Shown: positions 55,609 through 64,000, numbered from the stretch's first letter. The stretch: 64,000 nt of DNA from an uncultured Chloroflexia bacterium (GCA_963837925.1 CAWIPK010000005.1:79376-143375), one strand, 5' to 3'. Notes: generated by a model not told the origin, from the sequence alone. Made by a program: numbers and translations.

Positions 55609-58600
55609 CTAGCCTTGGGCAGGCGCTCGGCCCAGTCGCCGGCCCGGCAGCCTGGCCCGAATCACCGCAAAGTCGTCGCCGCTGAAGGTGCGCGTGATGA
55701 GGAGGGCTACCAGGTAGGCCAGGAAGCCGGCCAGAAGCCCGAGCGCCAGGGGCAGGCCGGCCCGGTTCATCCCCCAGACGATGACCACGTCGAGTATCGC
55801 TCCCAGAATCGGGCGCCCGGTCAACGCCAGCCACGGCATCGGCGCCACGTAACGGTGCACGGCCCAGGCGAACGGGATGAACAGCGACAGTTCGGCCGGG
55901 ATGAGGATCGCCGATGCGGCCAATGAGCCATAGCGCGGCACGAAGAGAAGGTTGGCCAGGGTGCTGAAGATGACGCCGATGAGGAACGCTTTGGTGAGGA
56001 AGCGCTGTTGATTCACCGCGATCAGGACATACTGCGTTACGGAGTTTATGAAGCCGATCGGGATCGACCAGATCATGACGCTGAAGCTGGTGGCCGAATC
56101 GGGCAGGAAGGCGGTCCCGCCGGCGATCTGGACCAGTGGGGTGGCGGCGAAAGAGGCAAAGACGGCGATCGGCAGCGCGACGATCAGCAGCAGTTGGACG
56201 GCCAGCCGGTAGGCCTTCACCAGCCCATCGCCGCCCGCGTAGGCGTACCGGCTCATCAACGGGAAAATCGCCTGCGTCGAGAAGGCGGGGATCACGTTCA
56301 GGCCGTCCAGGAACTTGACGCCAACCGAAAAGATACCCAGGGCGGTCGCGCTGGTGGCGCCGCGCAGCACGAATTGGCTTATGCGCCAGAAGACAGTGGC
56401 CAGCAGATTATTGATCATGAGCGGCGCCGATTCGCGCAGCATCTCGCCTTGCAGCTTCCAGTCGAAGCGCAGTGGAGCCGCGGCCCAGCTCAGGCGAGGC
56501 CGGAACGATGTGCGCCTGCTGACCGGTTCGACGCCCTCGAAGGCCGGCTCCGCCGCGCCGTGCCCCTTCTGCCGGGGTTTGAGCACCTTTTGCTCCAACA
56601 CCACGTACAACCAGACCACCTGCACGATGTTCATGAACAACGAAACAACGGTCAGGCCGACAAAACCGAGGCTCAACGGGGGCAGCAGGATGAGCGCGCC
56701 CAGCGCTACCTTGCCCACCGTCGTCGCCGTGGCCAGCGCGGCCGGGTATTCCATTTCTTCATAGGCATTGAAGACAGCGCTGATCGCGTCCGCGATATTG
56801 GCGAAGAACAGCGCCACCGCGAAGATGGCGATCGCCTGGCCCTCAGGTCCGCTCAGTTTGCCCCCGGCCCGGTAGGCCATTGCGGCGAGGAAGATGATCG
56901 GCAGGCTGGCGAGCCAGAGGAGAGTGCGCAGGCCGAGGACATTGACCATGTAGCGTCTGCCCTGGCTACGGTCACGCGCAACGTCGCGCGTTAGTAGGGT
57001 ACCCAGGCCCCAACGGATAAGGATGTCGAACACCATGTAGAAGTTGATGGCGTTGACGTAGCTCCCCTCGCCCTCCGGGCCGAGGATACGCAAGCGCAGC
57101 ATTGTGAAAGCGAAGTCGATGCCGCGGTTTACCAGTTGCATCACCACCAGCACCACGGTGTTCTTGGCCGCGGTGCCGACTTCGCTGCGCATCCCGCGGT
57201 AATAGCGGTTCCAGGCCCAGGCCCCGGCCAGCAGCGCGAGCGTGACCGCGCACAAAAAGCTTAGGTAGATGCCCAGCAGAAAGCTCTGTGGCGAGTAAAC
57301 GAAGCGGATTGTCCATTGGCCCGCCCGGTCGAGATAGACGGCTCTGAAGGTGCCATCTGCCCGATAGAGCGTCATCTGCTTCTCTACCGAATCACCCGAC
57401 GCGCTCACGCCCTCGCCTTGGGCGCCGAAAGGCCGGATGTAAGCTTTCCACCCGGGGAAGAAATTCTCAGTGAAGACCAACCAACCCCGGTCGCTGACGT
57501 TGACGTCGACCATAACCTGGCGCATGCCGCGCGCGCTGATGCGCGCCTCATGCACTTGCGGTGCGGACGGCGCTGGGACCGCATCGGCGTTCAGCCCCTC
57601 CAGAACGACCGTCTGGGCCGGGTCTACCTCTTGCAGCGCGTCCAGCGCGGCCTGCTGATCTGGGGCTGCCTCCGCCGTCGAGGCGATGAACACGCGTGGC
57701 AAAGCCCTGGTGTTCTCGTAGACGCGCACCTCTCCCGCCACCGGGCGATGATCCGTCGGATAGGCCAGCCGGTAACCCTGGTTGACCACGTCCTGAGTCG
57801 TCATCACGAAGCGCACGCCGAGGAGGTTCAGCAGCCCGTTGTCAAGCGCATCGCTCCATTCCCCGCTGCCAGGTCCATAGAAGGGAGCAATGCGGTTGTA
57901 GAGCAGCTCACCCTGGTTCTGGATGCGCTGCATGTAGGCCACATACTGGCTCGGGATCATCGAGTCGTAGCCGCGGATGTCCTCCAGCCCATAGGACATG
58001 GCCGCGTTAGCGTTCAGCAGCTTCTCGCCCGGTGCGTCGTAGGTGGTAAAACGCCAGGGCTGGCTGTTGTCGATCATGCCCTGCAACCAGCCGATGACAG
58101 GCGGCTTATAGGCCAGAAGCCGCGGATCACTGGCCGGGTTGAAGGCGTGCCCGAACAACCAGAGGTCGAGTATCAGCACGCCGATTGCCGCGATAGGCCA
58201 GGCTCGCAGGCGGGGGCTGCCTGGTTTGGGAGCATGTCCTGCTCTGCCGCCCGTAGCAGTGCCCGAGAACAGGACAGCCGCGGAGAGCGCGGCCAGCGCG
58301 CCAAAGCGCGCCAGGCCGGACGCCTCGTAGCTCCAGGCCATCGCGCCGTCGGCGAAGCCCCGCGTGCGCGCCAGTTCCGAGGTCGCCAGCAGCCTATCGC
58401 CCAGGGCCACGAACGGGCCGGGCAGGATCAGGCTGAGTGCGACGGCCGCCAGGCTACCCAGGCCCGCCAGGGCCGTCAACGCTGCCAGCACGCGTACCGC
58501 GCGCCGCAAGTGGGGGGAGAGACCCCCGCGCAGCAGCAGATCCAGGCCAAAGCCGGCGAGCAATGCCATGCTGAGCGTGTACGGAAACACCCAGCGGAAA

Positions 58601-60075
58601 GCCGAATGTAGCTGATTGTAGCCGGGCACCAGGTAAAAAAGCACCGCGTAGACCGGCGTGCCGAAGGCGAAAAGAAGCGAGAGGACCGCCAGAACCAGGA
58701 ACCCCGTCTTCGGACCGGATGGAAGCCCGCTGGACAGGCTCGGACCGGGCAGAGACGAGCCGTCGGTCCTGTTCCGCCGCAGGCCGGCCCAGCTCGTCGT
58801 TAGCACGGAGAAAGACGCCACCAGCGCCAGCAGCAGCGTCAGCAGGCCGAGGTAGTTGGCGCCCTCGACGTAGTTCTTGATGCCCCAGTCGATCGCACCG
58901 TTCGTGATGCTCTTCAGCGGTTGGCCGAGCGCGTTCAGGTTGACCGGCACCCATGACCGCTGCCAGATATCGAAGTAACTGTGACTGGTGGGATTGCCGA
59001 AGAAATCAGGCAGGACGAAGGTGAGGATCTGCTTTTTCGGCCACGCCCAGTTGATGACCTGCTGCAGGTCGGCCGACCCTTGCCGGAAGTTTTGCGCGGC
59101 CAGCTCGTACATCGGCACGAGCTGCACTCCGGCCAGACCCATGCCGAGCACCACCATCCCCAACAGCCAGGCCGCGGCCTGCAGCGTGCGGGCCCAGCGT
59201 GCCTTGGGGGACAGACCAGCAGAACGCAGTCGCAGCCAGCTGCCGCCCAGCCGCCAGGCCGCGTAGAATGCGCTGACCATCAGCACGTAATAGGTGATTT
59301 CGACGTGGCCGGCCAGGGCTTGCAGCCCGAAGAGGACCGCACCCAAGGCCACATACGGGATTGGGCCGGCGGGGCCACGCTCGCGACGGGCCGGCGCGGT
59401 CACACTCTGCCCTGGCTGCCCGACTCCCGCCTCCTCCCTGCCCGTCACGACCGTCCGCACCACCAGCTCGATCGCGGCCAGGATCAGCGGCAGCCAGGCC
59501 GCGGCTGCGATGATCATGGTGAAGTTCACGCTGCTGATGAAGAAGCCGGAAAAGCTGAAGGCCACAGCCGCGAGGAAAGCCGCCGGCCGGCGCTGGCCGA
59601 GCAGACGGGCGAACAGATAGGTCCCTGCCGCGGCCAACCCCAACTGGAGCCAGGTGAAGACGCCATACGCGAGCCAGAGTGGCAAGACGTAGAAGACGAC
59701 GCTCAACGGATAGAGGGCGGAGTGCTGACCGGCGGCGAGAAAGGGTATCCCGGCGAACAGCCGCGAGTTCCAAAGTGGGATCTGACCGTCGCTCAAAGCG
59801 TCGCGCAGCAGTGACTTCCACTGGTAGTTTTCAAGCACGAGATCGCTGACCAGCGGATTTTGCGGCACGCCCGCGTCAAAGGCAGCGGACGCTCCGGCCC
59901 AAGGCTCAAAGGCGTACAGGTTTTCCGCGGGAAGAAGAGTTTTGCCGCCGAGGGTTTGCGGCCCAAACCAGAGCAGGGGCAGCAGGAGCAGCAAAAGCAG
60001 TATCAGGGCGTCTTGCCTGCGCGACGATTTCAAGTCAATACCTGAGATTCGCGATCTCTCTTCGGGCGACCTCAC
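55609..60075 (-). CDS. 1488-aa fusion: N-terminal YfhO-family GT-C-fold membrane glycosyltransferase (~900 aa) plus C-terminal Wzx/MOP-type polysaccharide flippase domain (~500 aa).
   Basis: N-terminal part has the YfhO pattern (ENYQWKSLLRDALSDGQIPLWNSRLFAGIPF ... many TM helices). C-terminal part matches Polysacc_synt/MOP flippases (LRLRILGPEGEGSYVNAINFYMVFDIL ... 12+ TM helices). It is a single uninterrupted ORF with a GTG start that overlaps the upstream GT2 gene by 41 nt. Confidence 0.75.
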   Translation of the reverse strand: MRSPEERSRISGIDLKSSRRQDALILLLLLLLPLLWFGPQTLGGKTLLPAENLYAFEPWAGASAAFDAGVPQNPLVSDLVLENYQWKSLLRDALSDGQIPLWNSRLFAGIPFLAAGQHSALYPLSVVFYVLPLWLAYGVFTWLQLGLAAAGTYLFARLLGQRRPAAFLAAVAFSFSGFFISSVNFTMIIAAAAWLPLILAAIELVVRTVVTGREEAGVGQPGQSVTAPARRERGPAGPIPYVALGAVLFGLQALAGHVEITYYVLMVSAFYAAWRLGGSWLRLRSAGLSPKARWARTLQAAAWLLGMVVLGMGLAGVQLVPMYELAAQNFRQGSADLQQVINWAWPKKQILTFVLPDFFGNPTSHSYFDIWQRSWVPVNLNALGQPLKSITNGAIDWGIKNYVEGANYLGLLTLLLALVASFSVLTTSWAGLRRNRTDGSSLPGPSLSSGLPSGPKTGFLVLAVLSLLFAFGTPVYAVLFYLVPGYNQLHSAFRWVFPYTLSMALLAGFGLDLLLRGGLSPHLRRAVRVLAALTALAGLGSLAAVALSLILPGPFVALGDRLLATSELARTRGFADGAMAWSYEASGLARFGALAALSAAVLFSGTATGGRAGHAPKPGSPRLRAWPIAAIGVLILDLWLFGHAFNPASDPRLLAYKPPVIGWLQGMIDNSQPWRFTTYDAPGEKLLNANAAMSYGLEDIRGYDSMIPSQYVAYMQRIQNQGELLYNRIAPFYGPGSGEWSDALDNGLLNLLGVRFVMTTQDVVNQGYRLAYPTDHRPVAGEVRVYENTRALPRVFIASTAEAAPDQQAALDALQEVDPAQTVVLEGLNADAVPAPSAPQVHEARISARGMRQVMVDVNVSDRGWLVFTENFFPGWKAYIRPFGAQGEGVSASGDSVEKQMTLYRADGTFRAVYLDRAGQWTIRFVYSPQSFLLGIYLSFLCAVTLALLAGAWAWNRYYRGMRSEVGTAAKNTVVLVVMQLVNRGIDFAFTMLRLRILGPEGEGSYVNAINFYMVFDILIRWGLGTLLTRDVARDRSQGRRYMVNVLGLRTLLWLASLPIIFLAAMAYRAGGKLSGPEGQAIAIFAVALFFANIADAISAVFNAYEEMEYPAALATATTVGKVALGALILLPPLSLGFVGLTVVSLFMNIVQVVWLYVVLEQKVLKPRQKGHGAAEPAFEGVEPVSRRTSFRPRLSWAAAPLRFDWKLQGEMLRESAPLMINNLLATVFWRISQFVLRGATSATALGIFSVGVKFLDGLNVIPAFSTQAIFPLMSRYAYAGGDGLVKAYRLAVQLLLIVALPIAVFASFAATPLVQIAGGTAFLPDSATSFSVMIWSIPIGFINSVTQYVLIAVNQQRFLTKAFLIGVIFSTLANLLFVPRYGSLAASAILIPAELSLFIPFAWAVHRYVAPMPWLALTGRPILGAILDVVIVWGMNRAGLPLALGLLAGFLAYLVALLITRTFSGDDFAVIRARLPGRRLGRAPAQG

Positions 60076-60820
60076 GGTGGCGTCGTCGCATCTTGATGAC
60101 GTCTACGGCCCCCTGGAGTTTTACCCGGACGCTCATTTTCGACATGCCGATGCGCCGATCTTCGAAGTAGATCGGGATCTCCTTGATTCGATAGCTCAAG
60201 CGCTCCGCCAGATAGGTCATTTCCACCTGAAAGGCGTAACCATTGGACTGGATATGATCCAGTCCAATGCCCAGCAAGGTGGCGCGGCGCCAGCAGCGGA
60301 ACCCGGCCGTGATGTCCTTCGTCTTCAGTTGCAGGATCTGGCGCGCCCAGACTTCATTGGCCCACCAGCTCAGCAATCGACGCTCCCAACCCCAGCGCTC
60401 GTCCAGTTGGCCCCCGCTCACGTAGCGCGAGCCAATCACCACGTCGCAATCCTGGATGGCTTGCAGCATGATTGGGATAGTGCTCGGCGAGTGCGAGAAG
60501 TCGGCGTCCATCTGAATGATGAAGTCGGCCCCAGACTGCAGCGCGCAAGTGAAGCCAGCCACGTAGGCGCGCCCCAGCCCCTGCTTCTGCGCGCGGTGAA
60601 GGACCAGGATCAGACCGGGAAAACGCTCGGCAAGGGTGTCCGCGATCTCACCCGTTCCGTCGGGCGACCGGTCATCCACGATCAGCAGGGTGAGACCGGG
60701 GATGCCGAGAGACAGTAATTCCCCCACCAGGTTCGGGAGGTTGGTCGCCTCGTTGTAGGTGGGTACGACGACCGTAGTATTAGTGCCAGGGGGAAGAACG
60801 GGAAGTTCGTCGGGACGCAT
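60035..60820 (-). CDS. GT2-family polyprenyl-phosphate glycosyltransferase (Dpm1 / dolichyl-phosphate beta-glucosyl- or mannosyl-transferase-like).
   Basis: VVVPTYNEATNL ... LLIVDDRSPDGT ... QMDADFSH ... typical of Dpm1/CsbB-type GT2 enzymes. 261 aa. Confidence 0.85.
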   Translation of the reverse strand: MRPDELPVLPPGTNTTVVVPTYNEATNLPNLVGELLSLGIPGLTLLIVDDRSPDGTGEIADTLAERFPGLILVLHRAQKQGLGRAYVAGFTCALQSGADFIIQMDADFSHSPSTIPIMLQAIQDCDVVIGSRYVSGGQLDERWGWERRLLSWWANEVWARQILQLKTKDITAGFRCWRRATLLGIGLDHIQSNGYAFQVEMTYLAERLSYRIKEIPIYFEDRRIGMSKMSVRVKLQGAVDVIKMRRRHREVARREIANLRY

Positions 60821-60829
60821 ATGTAAGCA

Positions 60830-60858
60830 ATTCTACCATCAGCGTCGCGAAACGTCAA
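60830..60858 (-). promoter_or_regulatory. Sigma70 promoter for the GT2 / YfhO-Wzx operon: -35 TTGACG (60858..60853), 17-nt spacer, -10 TAGAAT (60835..60830). Predicted TSS is ~3-4 nt upstream of the ATG, so the transcript is near-leaderless.
   Basis: The reverse complement reads TTGACGtttcgcgacgctgatggTAGAATtgcttacatATG. There is no room for an SD. Confidence 0.5.
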
Positions 60859-60903
60859 AGCGGCCCTTCTGGTCGTTCTGACAGAATTGATTCGCAAGAC
60901 CAG

Positions 60904-60932
60904 TTGCCATTTCACGGCCGCTGCAGTATAAT
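60904..60932 (+). promoter_or_regulatory. Sigma70 promoter for the response-regulator gene: TTGCCA (60904-60909), 17-nt spacer, TATAAT (60927-60932).
   Basis: Sequence agTTGCCAtttcacggccgctgcagTATAATccc. RBS GGGAGAGG before ATG 60973. Confidence 0.55.
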
Positions 60933-60972
60933 CCCAATACAGGGCCGCACGGTGTGCCGGGGGAGAGGACAC

Positions 60973-61653
60973 ATGGGACGCGATCTCAACACTAGACCGG
61001 TCGAAATCCTCTACATTGGCCAGCCAGACCCAACCCACGAGAAGCTGTGGGAGCAATTGCCCCGAGAGGGAATATCGGTTGAGTTTGCGCGAACGCAGAA
61101 GGCGGGTCTCGATCTGACTGCTGATCTGCAACCGCAGGTGGTGGTGATTAACCTGGTGGAAGCTCAGTTCTCCGGTGAACGTCTCTGCCAGACCCTGGGC
61201 CGCCGATTGCCCAGCGCCCGCCGCCTGGTCATCGCGGATCGGAACTCTGCCACGTCCAAGGTCCCGTGCGAACAGCGTCTTGTCCGTCCGTTCACGCTGC
61301 GCAAGCTGCGGGATACGGTTTTCAAGCTCCTCGAGGAAGCCGCTCCACACCTCGTCACTGCGGGTTGTCTGCAACTGGACGTGGTCGCGCGGGTAGTGAC
61401 CGGTCCCAAAGGGCAGCAACACCTCACTCCCAAGCAGTGCAACCTGCTGACCGTCTTCATGCAGCATCCGAACCAGGTAATCTCGCGCAAAGACCTGATG
61501 GACCGGATCTGGGACACTGCCTATCTGGGGGACACGCGCACGCTCGACGTCCACATCCGCTGGCTGCGCGAGAAGATCGAAACTGACCCCACCCGCCCCA
61601 ACTTGCTCACGACCCACCGCGGGGTGGGCTACGTCCTGAACGTTCCCGCCTGA
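60973..61653 (+). CDS. OmpR-family winged-helix transcriptional regulator with an atypical (pseudo-)receiver domain.
   Basis: The C-terminal trans_reg_C region is clear (LTPKQCNLLTVFMQHPNQVISRKDLMDRIW ... TRTLDVHIRWLREKIE ... LTTHRGVGYVL). The receiver-like N-terminus has Asn at the phospho-acceptor position (QVVVINLVEAQ instead of ...D...) and R instead of the conserved K (RPF). The ORF is open from 60904; the ATG with RBS is at 60973. Confidence 0.8.
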   Translation: MGRDLNTRPVEILYIGQPDPTHEKLWEQLPREGISVEFARTQKAGLDLTADLQPQVVVINLVEAQFSGERLCQTLGRRLPSARRLVIADRNSATSKVPCEQRLVRPFTLRKLRDTVFKLLEEAAPHLVTAGCLQLDVVARVVTGPKGQQHLTPKQCNLLTVFMQHPNQVISRKDLMDRIWDTAYLGDTRTLDVHIRWLREKIETDPTRPNLLTTHRGVGYVLNVPA

Positions 61654-61685
61654 CAAAGCAAAATCGGCGCCCGCCGGCACCGATT
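61651..61685 (-). terminator. Intrinsic terminator for rpsT. It is bidirectional and also follows the + strand regulator gene.
   Basis: On the minus-strand RNA: AAUCGGUGCC-GGCG-GGCGCCGAUU followed by UUGCUUUG. Confidence 0.5.
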
Positions 61686-61729
61686 CTTGGATATCTTGGG
61701 GCAAAAACCCGAACGCTGAAGACCTGTGT

Positions 61730-62008
61730 TCAGGCGGACTTCGCCTTGTTCAGGGCGGCCATCAAGCGCGACTTGTGGCGGGCAGCGTTGTTCTTGTGGA
61801 TCACGCCCTTCTCGGCCGCCTTGTCCAGTTTACTGATGGCGACCTGCACTGCCTCGGTCGCAGCCTCCACCTTCCCGGCCGCTACCAGGGTGTGGGCTTT
61901 CTTCAACTGAGTGCGAGTGCTGCTGCGCACCCGGCCCCGATATGTCGCCTTGCGTTCACTGCTGCGCATGCGCTTCAATACAGTCCGGCTCTTTTTCTTG
62001 ACAGCCAA
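61730..62008 (-). CDS. rpsT: 30S ribosomal protein S20.
   Basis: 92-aa basic protein ...KKSRTVLKRMRSSERKATYRGRVRSSTRTQLKKA ... AARHKSRLMAALNKA. TTG start 7 nt after GGAGG. Confidence 0.85.
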   Translation of the reverse strand: MAVKKKSRTVLKRMRSSERKATYRGRVRSSTRTQLKKAHTLVAAGKVEAATEAVQVAISKLDKAAEKGVIHKNNAARHKSRLMAALNKAKSA

Positions 62009-62055
62009 CTTTCAGCCTCCGCTAAAGATAAGGGAAAAACGTTCTCCGGCCAGTA

Positions 62056-62084
62056 AATATACCGCAGGTGAGGCTTCTTGTCCA
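62056..62084 (-). promoter_or_regulatory. Sigma70 promoter for rpsT: -35 TGGACA (62084..62079), 17-nt spacer, -10 TATATT (62061..62056).
   Basis: The reverse complement reads aacTGGACAagaagcctcacctgcggTATATTtac. Confidence 0.45.
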
Positions 62085-62196
62085 GTTTTGCCCCCGCAGC
62101 GCGCGGCTTGCGCTGAACGCCGGGTTTTACCGGCCTGAGCGACCGGCAGGCAGAGCCGGCCTTGTGCCGATCGCATCCGCGCACCGGCACAGCCAC

Positions 62197-62880
62197 TCAG
62201 CGCACCGGCGCCGTCTTGAGCACGTCGTCCATCGCCTCCTGAACGTACGGGTAGGCCAGCCAGACTGAGGCATAGCCGAACAGCACGCCGGTGATCGTGC
62301 GCAAGTACCAGTTGCTCTCGCGGAAACCGAAAAGCTGCGTAAAGCCGTCGATTGCCATCGGCACCAGGAACAGCGCGTAAGCCCACAATGGCAGTTTGCG
62401 CACGCTGCGGCCGCTGCCCGGCCTACCACGCACCAGCGCGAACCCAATCCCCGCTAGCAGGATGCTGGCATAAATGGCCGCGTCCCGCTCGCAGAAGGCC
62501 ACTTTGTAGCCAATCTGCGCATTGCCGGGGTAGCGCAGCAATTCTTGTTGGAACAGATTCAGACCCGGGGGCATCGCGCCCACCGCCTCGAGTTGCGCCT
62601 CCGAGTAGACCACTTGCGGTCCAAAGAAGAAATAGGATCGCTCGGGCAACTGGTGGCAGGTGGGGCTGTAGGCGATGTAGATCAAATGGCCCACCCCGGG
62701 TGAGCCGATGTGCATGAATACCGGGGCCAGGAACGGCAGGGTCACGAAAATCGCCACCACTGTGTTGAACACCGCCAGCCAGTGCCGGGCCAGCCAGCGG
62801 ACAAAGCGATCAATGGCCGTGACCAGTCGCCCATTCGGCGCCCGCACGACTACTTTCGGGTCTCTCTCCGCAACAGCCAC
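62197..62880 (-). CDS. DUF2085-family membrane protein.
   Basis: Hallmark CHQLPERSYFF motif plus TM helices. The ORF is open to 62901 (TTG), but GTG at 62880 has an upstream GAGGTGGG RBS. Confidence 0.65.
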   Translation of the reverse strand: MAVAERDPKVVVRAPNGRLVTAIDRFVRWLARHWLAVFNTVVAIFVTLPFLAPVFMHIGSPGVGHLIYIAYSPTCHQLPERSYFFFGPQVVYSEAQLEAVGAMPPGLNLFQQELLRYPGNAQIGYKVAFCERDAAIYASILLAGIGFALVRGRPGSGRSVRKLPLWAYALFLVPMAIDGFTQLFGFRESNWYLRTITGVLFGYASVWLAYPYVQEAMDDVLKTAPVR

Positions 62881-62991
62881 AATCCCACCTCTGCACAACA
62901 ACGATCACACAGTTACAGGCTCTGGCGCCCGACGCACTACCCACCTATACGCACCCGCCCGCCCGCGAGTTTCAGCCGGCGGACACACCCA

Positions 62992-63891
62992 TCAGTCGCT
63001 GCCTGTTCCTGCAAGCTCTCCTGCAGCGGCCGCGGCTGCTCTCTCGGCACTCGGCGCCTCAGCCTCCGGGGCCGCCGACACCGCGGTGCCGCTGAGATAG
63101 CCGATGTAGGCCGGGATCAGCGGCAGCACACAGGGCGACAGGAAGGAAAGCAAACCGGCGACGAACGCGATCGGCAGCGTCATCATGGCCGAACCACCGC
63201 CACCGTTGAAGCTCGCCAACCCGGTACCGAAGCGGGAGACGAAGAACACGTTAATCAGGGTCATCTCTCCGCTGAAGAGCATGGCGCCGAGCAGGATCAG
63301 GAATACCCCCGTGATCTTCGACACCAGTCCGAGATGGCGATTCATCCTGCGCAGCCAGCCACTGGCCGTGCCGAGGGCTGCGCCGGTCAGCAGGAACGGA
63401 ATGCCCAGGCCGAGCGCGTATACCAACAACAGCAGCGCTCCCCGGCCCACCGTCCCCGTGTCGCTCGCCAGCAGGTAGATGGCCGCGAGCACCGGTCCGA
63501 CGCACGGGATCCAGCCGGCTGAGAAGAAGACGCCCATCAACGACGACGAGAGATAGCCCCAACTGCGGTCGTTCTGCACCTGGATGCGGCCCTCGGTGTA
63601 CATGAGGCGCGCCAGGCCGTCCGCGAAGCCCAGGTAGATACGGGCCGGCAATGAACCGCCCGCCGCGGAGTAACGCAGCCGCTCGGCGACCCAGCCGAAG
63701 ACTCCGGACACCTGCAGGCCGAAGATGATCACCGCGATACCGCCGACCTTGACCACGGGAGCCAGGTATTGGTTCAGCGAATAGCCCACGAATGCCACGG
63801 AGGCGCCGAGAGCGACGAAGACCAGGCTAAAGCCGATTACGAAGGCCAGGGCGTGGAAAAACACCTCCCTTCGGCTCGCCGACGATTCCAT
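62992..63891 (-). CDS. ccdA: Cytochrome c-type biogenesis protein CcdA (DsbD transmembrane-domain family).
   Basis: Two conserved Cys in TM segments (...FSAGWIPCVGPVLAAI... and ...LSFLSPCVLPLIPAYIGYL...). 299 aa. The ATG lies 5 nt after the upstream gene's stop. Confidence 0.8.
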   Translation of the reverse strand: MESSASRREVFFHALAFVIGFSLVFVALGASVAFVGYSLNQYLAPVVKVGGIAVIIFGLQVSGVFGWVAERLRYSAAGGSLPARIYLGFADGLARLMYTEGRIQVQNDRSWGYLSSSLMGVFFSAGWIPCVGPVLAAIYLLASDTGTVGRGALLLLVYALGLGIPFLLTGAALGTASGWLRRMNRHLGLVSKITGVFLILLGAMLFSGEMTLINVFFVSRFGTGLASFNGGGGSAMMTLPIAFVAGLLSFLSPCVLPLIPAYIGYLSGTAVSAAPEAEAPSAERAAAAAAGELAGTGSD

Positions 63892-63895
63892 GGGC

Positions 63896-64000
63896 TTACC
63901 TCACGGTCGGGCTTGGCACGTAGTCAGGCGTCTCGTGACCCAGCGTGGACTGGTCCTCGCCCGCCATGTCGCGCAGCGCCTGAAGCTCCTGCCGCAGTTG
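63896..64000 (-). CDS. 3' end of an unidentified gene. The gene continues beyond the window.
   Basis: Minus-strand frame reads ...QLRQELQALRDMAGEDQSTLGHETPDYVPSPTVR-stop (TAA, complement at 63896-63898). Only ~34 codons are visible. Confidence 0.35.
   Translation of the reverse strand, partial: QLRQELQALRDMAGEDQSTLGHETPDYVPSPTVR

Noticed and set aside
1-64000. Search for tRNA/rRNA genes, CRISPR arrays, integrases, transposases and phage genes
   Set aside because: No T-loop-like GGTTCGAATCC-type motifs and no cloverleaf candidates in any intergenic region. No short regularly spaced repeats. No recombinase-like or transposase-like ORFs. The window appears to be core chromosome, not an island.

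Overview
This is a 64-kb, very GC-rich bacterial chromosomal window, densely coding on both strands. The gene content points to a Chloroflexota-like organism: a DUF2298 'YYY' membrane protein adjacent to PMT/ArnT-like GT-C membrane proteins, a glmS ribozyme, and several unusual gene fusions. I found no rRNA, tRNA, CRISPR array, transposase or integrase.

Gene order. On the + strand, positions 1-11643 form a four-gene locus: a DUF2298/YYY membrane protein (5' end cut by the window, frame break near 1.8 kb), one PMT/ArnT-like GT-C membrane protein, and two tandem paralogs of a GT-C-like membrane domain fused to a C-terminal NHL-repeat beta-propeller. Housekeeping genes follow: sucC, sucD, a CCA/poly(A)-polymerase-family enzyme, secD and secF. 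Then come a frame-broken Zn-alcohol dehydrogenase, a lipoprotein, an FmdB zinc-ribbon gene (- strand), a D-Ala-D-Ala carboxypeptidase, an RluB-Cmk fusion, plsC, a glmS ribozyme plus glmS, a SAM methyltransferase, a DUF4432/aldose-epimerase-like protein and a hypothetical protein. An NfeD - flotillin - flotillin operon is next, with the first flotillin interrupted by a 92-bp insertion. After it: class II fba (-), an HtrA-family protease (-), a class V aminotransferase, a small ORF, a GT4 glycosyltransferase and VanZ, scpA (-), a 1328-aa multidomain cell-wall hydrolase (-), an MBL-fold hydrolase, a TPR lipoprotein, a transglutaminase-like membrane protein (-), three tandem M42 peptidases, a large secreted hypothetical protein (-) and a small ORF. 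The window ends with a 747-aa tandem-duplicated phosphofructokinase (-), a 1488-aa YfhO-like GT-C fused to a Wzx-like flippase (-) that overlaps a Dpm1-like GT2 (-), an atypical OmpR-family regulator, rpsT (-), a DUF2085 protein (-), ccdA (-) and the 3' end of one more - strand gene.

Regulatory signals. Several near-consensus sigma70 promoters (TTGACA-17-TATAAT) and intrinsic terminators are visible in the intergenic regions.

Most unusual features:
- The two GT-C/NHL paralogs share a 1012-bp block that is 100% identical at nucleotide level (7149-8160 and 10623-11634). That block has a sharply different, G-ending codon preference from the paralog-specific sequence around it.
- The GT2 / YfhO-Wzx pair places a complete lipid-linked-sugar pathway (synthesis, flip, transfer) in two overlapping genes. 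It is read from a near-leaderless promoter.
- A glmS ribozyme sits in a genome this GC-rich.
- Three genes have broken reading frames: DUF2298, the alcohol dehydrogenase and the first flotillin.
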